Below are positions 12,801-24,800 of a stretch of DNA of 64,000 nt, in pieces. This stretch comes from Podarcis bocagei (lineage: Eukaryota). How positions within the stretch are numbered: position 1 is the stretch's first letter; the number at the start of each line of letters is the position of its first letter. The position numbers were made by a program, and so were the translations under genes. Under the pieces are notes generated by a model. It searched no databases, was not told the origin of the DNA, and was given only the letters and a program-made list of their open reading frames with translations. The stretch is taken from NCBI GenBank assembly GCA_964188305.1, contig OZ076893.1; one strand, given 5' to 3'.

Positions 12801-15800
12801 CATTCCAAGCATATGGGGCACTGAGCAGAATAGATGACTTTTAGAAGCCAGATTAGGGACGCGGGTGGCGCTGTGGGTAAAACCTCAGCGCCTAGGGCTT
12901 GCCGATCGCATGGTCGGCGGTTCGAATCCCCGGGGCGGGGTGAGCTCCTGTCTTTCGGTCCCAGTTCCTGCCCACCTAGCAGTTCGAAAGCACCCCTAAG
13001 TGCAAGTAGATAAATAGGTACCGCTTTATAGCGGGAAGGTAAACAGCGTTTCTGTGTGCTGCGCTGGTGCTGGCTCGCCAGAGCAGCTTCGTCACGCTGG
13101 CCACGTGACCCGGAAGTGTCTCCGGACAGCGCTGGCCCCTGGCCTCTTAAGTGAGATGGGCGCACAACCCTAGAGTCGGACACGACTGGCCCGTACGGGC
13201 AGGGGTACCTTTACCTTTACCTAGAAGCCAGATTAAATAAACCTTTGACTGAAAGAAGAACTGTAGCTCAGTAACAGAGCACACGTTTTGCATACAAAAA
13301 CTCCTAATTTCAGTGTCTGGAATCTCAAGGTAAAGCTGGGAAAAGACTCCTGTCGGTAACCCAGAATTGTTGCCGCCACTATAGACAATACTAAATGGAT
13401 CCTATGGACTTGATATATGGATGCTTCTAGTGTTCCAAGTTGAGCGAGCAAGAGATCTTTGAAACAGCTAAAGGTAGTGGAACATGTCACAAATGCACTG
13501 AGCTACAAATAGTGGATAATTAGAGGGGATGCAGCTGTGTAAGGCAGCAATGAGGAGTTTGTGCTGCATCCAGGAGTTGATAGGATCCCAATGTAAGAGT
13601 TTAGGGAGAGGTGCTATGCCGTCTAAGGGGCCATCAATTATTTTGTTAGCCAAGTTCTGGAAAGCTGGGGGTTGGGGGGAACTGCAAGCCAGAAAAGGAA
13701 AAGGCTGCAGTAATGGTGGGTGGCAACTGGAGTTTACATTAAGGGGCAGAAAATAAGCGTTCTGTATTTAGCAAAGTTAGACAAGGGGTAGCAACATGAC
13801 ATGGAGATGAAGAGTAGAAAGAGGAATCCAAGAAAGTCAAGACTTTCCTTGGTCAAGAAGGTAAATAACTATGTTACATTATGTACATACACTTAGAAAG
13901 CCAGGAGGAAGGGAGGATGAATATAGTAGGGAACCAAAAATAGATAATTGAGGGTGCTGATCTGGGAGAAGTATTGGAAAAGTTTTCCTTGCCAGAAACA
14001 TTGAATGAGTGATTGGTCAGGTAGGAAGAAAGTGACCTGGTCAACGGTTTCACAGGCAGAAGAGACAAGGGCAGAAGTGACAATTTCAACCTCTTTAATG
14101 AAACATTTGCAGTTGAAGTAGACCTCCAGAAATAGAGCGAGGATCTACTTTACTAAATCAATGGAAGTCAAAACTACAGTGCAGTCAGCCTCACAACTGT
14201 ATTGCCACGCAATAAGGTTCATCAGCTGCAATCCCTCTGCTTCAGCTTCTTAGAACATCTGCTTCTGACAGCTGTTGTGGGAATAGCATAATGAAATCCT
14301 GCTACACAACCAACATTCCCATTGTAGAGAAACACGTCAGGATGCAAAGAAAATATCTCAAGTGATATCAACACACTGCAACAAGGGTAATCTGTTACCA
14401 TTGGCTCTCTGCTTATCTGGGAGTAAAACCAAGCTGCTGGTTACCCATACTGTGGAACCAATGTAGCAGTCACTTACAAGTTGTTGCTTCTCAAGAGATC
14501 ACTATACAAGTTGCTATACTGGGAGGGGGTTGTTGGTTTGTGCATATTTTTGTTCTTGTTTTTGTAATGTATTTCGTGTTTTGTGTTGCAAACTATGGAT
14601 AAAAGCTTGGATACAAGTTTAAATAAATGAACGAATGCTTACTGCATAAATAACAAGTCTGACTGGCACTCTAGCACATGTCTTGTTTGTGAGTTTCAGT
14701 GGAAGAGCTTTCCAGCTGCCAGATGGCATATCACCAAAGTCAAGATGGTTTGTCGTTCCCGCTTCCACCTAATATTAGAAAAGGGGGGAGGGAAATAATA
14801 CCTTTAAGAATTGAGGCACACAAAGTCATATTTATTTGTATGAAGAAGCAAACAGGTGTCACTAAAAGATAACTAGACAAGAGATTCTAGCTGTGCCCCC
14901 TCCTGGAGCAGCATTCTGACCACAACCTCTTACTGTTACTATTACAGATTAGCCAAAACGAAGAAACAAAAGTTTCACCAACATCTGAAGTTATTAAAAA
15001 TTACTCATTGTGTACATTGGGGTGGGGAAAACTTGGGCCCAGGTGCCAAATGTGGCCCCCACCTCTCACTGTCTGGCCCTCAGGACTCTCCCCAAGTCAC
15101 ACCACCTCCTTGGCCCAACTTTATACCCTTCTTAAATATTTTTTCCCTGGCTAGAATGTGCTCTTGAATTCTGATAATGCCTCTCGCTTGCCTGGATGGA
15201 GAATATAAAGGAGTGTGTGACTGTGGACAGAAACGTACCTACTGTACAGAGGTCCATCCATACTTCAGCCTCTGGAAGACTGCAGCCCTCAGGATGAACA
15301 TGTACATCCTGATATATATGGGTAACTAACAAATTTTGGTAGATTTGGAGAGACCAAGTATCATATAGTAAAATTATCGGAAAAAATTTTTATAGTGTAG
15401 TGAATTATGAAGTTTCAAGACTCAGTATTGTCGTTTGGAATTCAGGAAACGATTTGTGGAATGATACAGCCGATAACATAGCAGTGGGGGGCAGTTAGGG
15501 CCCCCCAGTTACAGAACACCATCGGCAGGGAGGTTTATTTGGTGCAAACTTTATACTGTAGGTGACTGGCAAAAACGTTTATTGAATCAGGCACTGAGTA
15601 TTTACAACTCTACTGTGTTTTTATTTCCTGCTGATTTCTGTATTTTGTGTTTTTAATTTTTGGAAACAATTAAACCTTTTGGATATTGCATTGGCGCCCC
15701 ACTTATGGATTGCCCTCCCTCAGGGAGTGTGCCTAGCATGGAATCTGTTGACAATCTGGAATCTAATTTGGTTAAGACTCCTGTTTTCCCAGGCGTCTTC

Positions 15801-18800
15801 AGGTTGCTGGCATTAGTTTCTGTATGCTGCTGTAATGAGCTGTGTTGGCTCTGTAAGAACTTATAAAATTATATGTCTTCAGTTGATTTAAGGTACCTTT
15901 TTACCTGCTCTGTCTTTTTTAGATTGTTTGTACTTGGCTATATTTGTAGTTTATTATGAGATTGTAAGATGAAGGGCAAGATAAATGTACCAAATACATT
16001 AATAAAAGCGAGCTAGGATACCTTATAGCAAGTCAGACTATTAGCCCATCTAGCTCAGTACTGTTCACAATGACTGGCAATGGCACTCAGGGTTTCAGAT
16101 AGGGATATCCCCAGCCCTGCCTGGGCTACACCCCTTCCCTCACTATGTATTTATCAGAACCATGCATTACGCACTCCTCTGGATTTTTACCTCAATATCG
16201 GGAATCTCAGCAACTGCATTCACAATCACTCTAGCTGCTAAGGCCTGTGCCTGGACTATTGTATCTGCATCTGCAGTAAATGGCCAAGAGGCAATACTAA
16301 GCACACACTGAAAGACTCCTGCTTGACAGGGTAGAAACAGCATTTTTAGATCTTCTGTAGTACGAGGTCCTATGACAGTTTTGTTTTTAAACAGGAAGCA
16401 CCTGTGCTTCAGAGGGTCCATCTGCAAAAAAAGAAGCACACACACAATCAGAGGTTCAGGACAAAGCAAGGCATTCTCAATAGAGAGGTATAAAATAGAT
16501 GTAAAGAATTAGGATGGCATTTAAAGGTCCGGCGTTGACCATATCCAAATCCTTTCTACTGCTGTGCTGCCCCCTTCCCCATGGTACATTGGTGAATACT
16601 TTTGAAATGGAACATAGATGTGAAAGTTTCATCACAATGACTTTTGTGTTTGATAAACAGGGATTGCTATCAATAGGAGGAAGAGTGTTGAAGTCCATCA
16701 TAGTTTATGGTCGAATGATATTAAAAAGTACAGAGCTTCAACCAAATTTCAAGTTAATAATTTTCTAGCCCTTTTGTAGGGGGGCTGGCAAGCAGGCCAC
16801 CATCTCTAGTTTAAAACACGGTTTACTTCACTAGAGAAAAATAGTAAAATATTAAAAGATGCATAATACATAGCAAGATTTGGTACATACCTTTTCGCCA
16901 TCAAGCATAATACTAAGAAGGCCGATGCTGACCTGTAGCCACCGTTCAGATGGGTTAAGAATACTAAGGACTGTGTGTGATGTCAGCCCTACACAACAAG
17001 CATTAGGGAATGTTACTTCTTCTGGGACTTTTACACGTTCTAGGAAAGAGAAAACAACCAATAAATTGTTTCAACTGCAAATTTTGGACAACATAAAACA
17101 GGGCTAAAATGTATTTTATCCAACTGTTGGATAAAATGGATTTTATGCAACAGCCTGCAGGCAGAGTTCTACTCATGCAACAGGATTTCTCCCTTCAAAT
17201 CTGCTCTGGAGGGTTCATCAACCTCTTGGAGCAGACAAAGGGAGCAGGAGAAAAAATTGTTCACTGGCTGCTTTACATATAATGAACAAATAAAGATGGC
17301 AAATGATGCTCATTTAAAAATTAAATATATAAAAGAATGACCAAGAGTCCAAGTAAATGTCGTCTTGACCACAAAAGGCATTAGGTAAGGTTGCTGGAAG
17401 AAAAACAAATAACTTACCAAGTCCAAATGGAACAGATTCCTCCAGCTGTCTAGGTCCACCAGCATCAGTTACTTGTACTGTATGTGGAGTGTTACTAAAG
17501 ACATTCTGGCTGGATATGAAGTTGCACTGTGGAGCTGCACCCAACATTCCAGATCCAACTTCTGAACCTGGTGTCATTCCAGCAGCGAGTGAGCTTGGAA
17601 CATGACCCACGGGGATGGTAGAATAAATCAGTCCTGGTGGAACACCAAAAACTGGAGGACATCCAACTTGATACTGAGGCAGAGCCATATTTGATTGAGA
17701 TGGCAAGCTTCTCAGATATTGTTGGGCAAATGGTGTTGTTCTAAGGGAACACCCTGTTAGCAGTGTTGGAACTTGAGAAGATATGGCTGGAATTTCTGAA
17801 GCAGGAACATGTGATTTAAAGTTTGCTCTATTTTGACTTAATGAAATACAGTCACCTAAGCCGTCAAGAGCAAGGACATCTTTTTGAGAGTCTAAGCCTG
17901 GTCCATGTGCTGTGGTTGTACACCCATGCTCTGTTACTGGTACTTCAACATTTCCCAGTTCATTACTATTTGAACATTTCTGTGCAGATTGATCTTTGCT
18001 CTTTGATGGTTGCTCTCCAGTTGATTTCTGGTGCTCTGGAAGGCTGGAAGCATCTGCAGATTTGTTTATTTCTAGCTTCTTATTATGGTTTCTCGCACTA
18101 GTGCTTGCACTGCTTAGTGATGGATGTTTGTTATTTTGCAAATCAATGTTTTTTTTAGTTTCTTCTTCCAATGCTGAAGTTGGGCTGGTCCAAACTATTG
18201 TTGTGCCCCAGCCACTAGCACGATTATTCTGAATAGAAGATATTAGAATTTTGATTAGCATTTATAATTTGTAATAATCTTATGATTAGTACATATTAAA
18301 AGCCTCTACACACAGAAAGTGAGCCTACTATACTTGCCTACCAAGAAGACAAAACACCACAATTAATTCACAAAATAAATTAACAGTTTAGATTATCCTT
18401 CTTCAATGAAAAAAAAACAAGGCTTTTAAATGCAGAAACAATACTTACTGGCCCTGTTCGCATGTTATACTAAACAAACTATGGCTCACTGTGAATGAAC
18501 ATCATGCTCCTCAAATTGCACCTACTCTGCTCCTCCATTTCCCGAGCCGGAGGTAAAACCACAGTGAAAGCTTAGCATGGTGTGCAAGGCTCAATGTGTG
18601 GTTTCTCTCCAGGCAGGTACAGTTTGAGCAGCATTCATCAGCACACCATAGCATAGGGCTTAACATGATGTGTGAAACAGGCGACTATGTTAAATAAATT
18701 CATCATAGCTAATTTTTAAAAAGCCACCCAACCCTGGTACAAGGTGAGCATTTACTGCAAACTTTTCATATAAAGTCAGCAATCTTATGATGCTTCCAGG

Positions 18801-21800
18801 TGGCTGCTTCCCCAGGAATGAAGCAAAAAGTAATTCTTAAGAAGTATCAAGGTGTATTAAGTGAGCAAGTATGTATGTGCAACTAAAGGTTAGGTGCAAT
18901 ATTTGCCATGTCACCAGTACTAGCCCTGCTGGTACAGCATAGTAGTTGGCATGAGGCAAAGCAGGGATGGGAAACATTTTTGGCCCAGCAGAGCAGATCT
19001 TTATCTTCTTCCACTCCCCACAGGTCAACTTTGATAGGTGGGACCACCTACCTGTCACTCACCTGATGTCATAATGATGTCAGGTGACTAGCAGGTGGCT
19101 TGTCCCACCCACCTGCCAAATTGGTCCATGGACATGGGAAATACAGCCCAAGCAGGACAGAACTCCTTGTGTATCAGTGTTCAACCCTACTTTCTAAAGG
19201 TTTGGGGTGTGCTAGACAATTCCCTGTGGGAACTTGCTGGCATGCCTAAATTAGGATTACAGCTAATGTGTGGAGGATCAATCCTGCTTCCTCCATCCTT
19301 GTCTAAGCCTGCCCCACACCTGACACCACAGACTATGCCAGTTATGGGGCAGGTGGGCATACCTTTGGGAAAAACATTCTGGCATGCCACATGGGGAGGC
19401 CTGGCAGGTCAAGTTTGGTCCACAGGCGAGAGGTTCTCCTCTCCTGTGGCACTGCAGAAATGAGTTTTCATAGCCCCTGTGTTATTAATTCATATTAGCT
19501 CATGTTCGCAAGTGTCCTAAGAATATTTGCTATGATTTTGCCATATTTTTTTTCATATCACCGATTTGAATTCCAGAGCAGCAGGTTCATGAACATGGTA
19601 AGTTTACAATGTGGCAGTGGGGAAGGTAAACTCTACCACTTACAGTGCATTTTGACCGGAACATTAAATTAGTTCTCCTTACTCATCCAATCCCTTGTAT
19701 ATATGTTCCACTGTACTTAAGGGGACAAGAAACATCAGCAAAAGAGCACCTCAGGATAAGAGCAGTTTCAGCTTAAGAACGGACCTCCGGAACAAATTAA
19801 GTTCGTACAGAGTTGTACAGAGTAAGTCAGAGTCCTGGCTAAAGTGTAACAATTTCAGCTTGGGCAATACAAGTCAAAATCTAGTACACCGTCCACTATA
19901 CTACACTGATCCTTGACTAATATTTTATACTTCTGGGAAGATAGTTCTTCATAAATGTACCTAAAATCATACTGCAACTTGAAACTTGGCATATAAAAAT
20001 ATTTTGCATCTAACAAGCTACTTACCTGACATCTCTCTGGACTAGACAGAGTTAGATTCTGAAGGGTTTTTTCAGTGGCAGAGACAAAGGTCAATCGTCC
20101 CAAGCTATGATCAGTATACAGCACCTGAGGTAAGCTATCATTGCAAGATGATTCCTTAGAATTTGATGTTGTAGCAGGACAGTCAGCATCAGCTCTAAAA
20201 CACAAAGAATGCTGACTTTTAAAAAAATGTACCCACATACAAACTGCCTACATAACCATTTAATAATATCCGGCTTTTCATTTCGTGAGTAATGTGATTT
20301 GCCCCTCATCTGTTTCCACGGTAAGAGTAGTGGTTGCCACCAGACCAGCACTGTGTTTCCAATGTTCCACCTCCCACCTTCTGGTCTTAGTGTGACCTAG
20401 CAGACCCATGGTTGCTACCAGCTTAGTGCTACTAGCCTTTAAAGGAGGCCATATCTGAGCCAATCCTTTAAAAAGTGTTTCTAGATCTCAGTTGCATGAA
20501 GCAAAATGACATAGTAACTGCTAAAACTACATGATCTAGTAAGAGGCTAGATGCAGCTTTTGAGTTTGCTTTTGCTCATTTCACTCCACAGGCCAGTAAT
20601 AGACACAGTACAGACCCTGACACAGCCTTGGCTTAATAATCAAGTGATTGAACACTCATGCTTTTTCACCTTTATTATCCAATTGCTCTGCCTCCCCACT
20701 CTATCACCTTAGCTGCCCTTCAGTGTCATGTTTGACCATAATCTCAAAAAACATAGTTTGGGGGTAGCCTCCTGATGCTGGTAAGACTAACGTTCCCATC
20801 ATCCATGACACTGGTTAGTGCTGGCTTAAGCTAATGGAAATGTAATCTCAAAACATCTGGAGGGCACCATGTTGGCTACCTGTTCAACAGTCAGTGAACT
20901 TGGATTTAGGAGCACCATGGTTAATTTGTTTATGTAGCATGAGGCTTGCATGAGGCTTGCCTTTCATTTTTCCTGTATCACCACAGTATTTCATAAACAA
21001 ATGTATACCGCTAAATAAAAATAAGCAGTTTACATAAATAATGGAATATTGATAATAACATTTAACAAAATCCCTAAAAGTGAAGAGAAACAATAACACA
21101 AAGTGATGCACCACAGGTAACCGTGAGCAGCATACTAAACAGATAATTAAAAATTAAGACCCAGAGTCCAGGAAAGCTTGGGTAAAAGTACGTTTTAAGA
21201 GGCATTACCCAAGAGGATGGGTGACAGTGCAGGAAGCAGGCCTTCTTGGTGATGTCACATAGCGACAATTGTCTGGTTGTGGAACGGCCAGCAGTGTCTC
21301 TGTGGAAGATCTTAAAGATCAGGTTTGGATCCTGGTGCCAGGTTGTGTAGGGTTTAAATTCCAGCAACGAAAGCCTGACCATAGCTCAGTAGCTAATAGG
21401 TAGCTACATTAATTTCTGGAGTATCCTTACTTCTTGAGCAAGTCACATAATTTATAAGAATAAATTAATGATGCTGGCTCTTTGATTTGACACTGAATAC
21501 TGCAATATTGTTCACTTGGCAAAAATGCTAAGCAGCAGCAGTGTCCTCATTTCTAGTTCACACTTAAATATGTAAAATTGACTGCCATTTTATATTATGA
21601 CAACTGTCTTGAAGAGGTTTATATTGATTGAAGAGTGTTTAAAAATTAGGGCCTCATGTACAGAGGTCAAAAGTAATATTTGCCAATGATTAGTTAATGT
21701 GCATATTCAACTGAGAGATTATCTCTCAAAGACAGAGAGCATGCTTTGCCCAAAGGAAATCCCAGGAATCTCATTTTAAAAAGGGCTGTCAGGTGATGGG

Positions 21801-24800
21801 GAAGACCGACTGTGACCTGAGGGAGCTGTGCCAGTACAGTAGGCAACAGTGGATTGTATGGCTCAGACCATGCAATCTAACCATCTAACCGTATTCAACT
21901 ACTAACTCCCACCCACATTTGGGCTTTTCATGTTCCCACACAATAGTTACCCTAAAAGAGCAGTTCCAGAAGCTTCATTTGGAGATGAATGAATAAGTGG
22001 AGACGTTGAAGGTCTGAAACTGTATTGTTCATCATCTGAAATCTGTATACAAGGCATAGGAGTTGTAGGTGTCTGTTCCGTTGCTACAACAGCATTACCT
22101 GAATATTTTAAAAAGGAGATGTTGAAATTAATCCTCCTAGCCATGGAAAGAATGACTTCAGATTATCAGTGACTATCCACCTCAGGAGGCAGTACTTCTC
22201 AACAGAAATTTGCAATGCCTACGTTTAGGGATTTCATATTTAGCTATGAAATACCTAGACATAAAAATGGTAAAACAGTGAAGTATATGATAGAAGGATA
22301 TCCTTGAGATGTACCATTCTGACTGTGCACAGCCCCACCTTTTTCCAATCCATAAAATGCAGGTGTCAGCCCAGATGCCAACCTCTTAATGATCAGAAAG
22401 AACTACTGCAGTTTACGTCCCATGTTTGTCATGAGATGACATCCTATAAAGATATATTTAGCAACTGTGCTCAAATTCTTCAGATGGGCAGTTCTTCAAC
22501 AGTGAAGCGGTTGCTGAAGCTTGCCTCCTTTCAAGTGCCAGTAGAAAGGGCAGAATGTATAATAAATAATAAATTATTATTAATAATAAATTATTTATTT
22601 AGAATAAATAATAAATTATTATTATTAGCCCTGCTTAGGAAAGTTTTTAATATTTAATGCTGTATCGTTTTTAACACTTGATTGGCGGCAGCCGCCCAGA
22701 GTGGTTGGGGAGACCCAGCAAGATGGGCGGGGTATAAATAAAAAATTATTATTATTATATAAATTATAGAATGGGGCAACCAAAATCACTTGTATTCTTT
22801 CCAGGCATTGCTTTCAAAACAATGGCAAACGGGAGAAATACATAGCAGAGGTGTCTTGGCTTCTAACAAACCAAGTTGTGGCCAACTCAAAATCTGTCCC
22901 CTTTGTCTGAAACAATCACTTCCTTATCCCAGGGGAAATTGGTAGAGTTTTCTGGCCATGCCTGAAATACCCTTACGTGATTCTGGACAACTCAATTCAA
23001 TGAATCTGTCAAAAACTGCAGGAAATGAGAATGTTTATAAATGGAAGGTCTAGCCCTGAAGCTAGTCACGCTAATACCCTTCTGCTTAGACTTAGTTATC
23101 AAAAGAACACGTTTTTAACCACAATACTTAGAGAGTCTTACTCAGAGGGACAAAATATTCTGTGTGAATCAATCCATGGCTGCTTGAAAACAGCTATGCA
23201 CCAAAGGCTACCATGGCCACTTTACTGCATGGCCACTATTAGAATGATGCTCCATGAGCCACAAGTTATGAGAACTAGGTGAAAAGAATAAAGTCATACA
23301 GAATACCCATGAGGCTAGTACTCCCCCTTTCAGAGTGGCTGCAACTCCAAGTAGTAAGGGCCAGTGAACATTTGGGTGAGATTTCTGCAGAGCTTGAACA
23401 TGTTAGAGAGCGACTCAGTAAGATGCTTAAGACACCTGTATTTTGCCACATTTTAGTCCAGATTGAAATTGCTTCTGCTGAAAATCACATGCAAACACTA
23501 CAATAAATTGGGGGAAATTATGGTTTCAAATCTTGCTATCAAGCAATGTGAGAGTTGATGGGGAGAAGTGTGCTCCTTTTGTCTTTTACAATTACATTTA
23601 AATCCAAGGGGTATAGATCTTAACGAATTTTTGGGGCAAGCCAACATAATGTTGAACTAGGTCCTGGTCTGTTAGAATAAGTGAGATCATTTCAGAAATC
23701 CAAGTAATGCCATCTGGGTGCACTTAGTACCTGGTTACAGGGCCTAGAAAAAGGACAAGTAACCTAGATTCCTGCGAACAATTTGGAGACATAATATCTC
23801 TTCTTGCCTTGTTCTGAAGACTAGGGTTCTCTGCCCAGAAGCCCAAAACCAAGCCCACCTAACTAAACTAAAACTAAGGAAGAAATAATGTTCTGTAAAA
23901 GCAACCATGCCTCAGAGGAAAGCAGCTCTCCTTCAATGGAGGCCAAGAAACAGCCTCCAGAAGTAGATGAGAGCAGTTATCAAGCACAGGAATGAAGAAT
24001 AAACTTCATAAACCTATAAATAACAAACTATTTCAGCTTACTGTCAAAGCAGGCTTCGGCAGAAATCAATATACCTATACTCTACTCACCAACATCTTTC
24101 TGGTTATCAGCAGATATATTTTCAAAAGCTTTATGTTTTTCATTGTTGCAGGCAGCATTCTCTTCCATTATTCTCTCATCTTGTTTCTCTTGGTATTTAA
24201 TATTGGATATAGTTTTTTCCTTATTAGGGTGCACAGGAAGAGGGGAAAGCAATATTGGAACAGATTTTAAACTGAGGGGCAGAGTGTTCTTGCTGGTTCT
24301 TCCTTCTGATTCAGAGTAAGCTGGATAAAGAAAAAAGTGTTCACAATCCAATTATACATTTTTGACTTTACACCAGAGATGCAGGGTTTTCCACTCTTAT
24401 AAATGCGTTGCAAACTTCCTCCCACACAGACCAATGGAAATTACTTATGATCTTGGCAGACCACATAATTATTTTTCTGCCTATTGTAGCATTTACAACA
24501 CACTGTGATAGAAGCTGTATGAATGTTAATTGTATTCTTATTGCATCTTTAATTGCTTATATTGTATTTTATCGTACCATAATTTGCATCCCATAGCATT
24601 CAAACCGTAATGCAACATAAAACAATGTAATATGTGTGAATGCAGACACACTGTAGACCACCTGAATGCAGCTCACAGACCAGAGTTTGGGAACCTTGTT
24701 GTATACAAAAGAAATAATTTAGATAAACATATATGGGCATCAAAAGCTGATATGTGAGCTTTCTGGCTGCACATGCAGTACCTTCATGCAAGCCAGCAAA

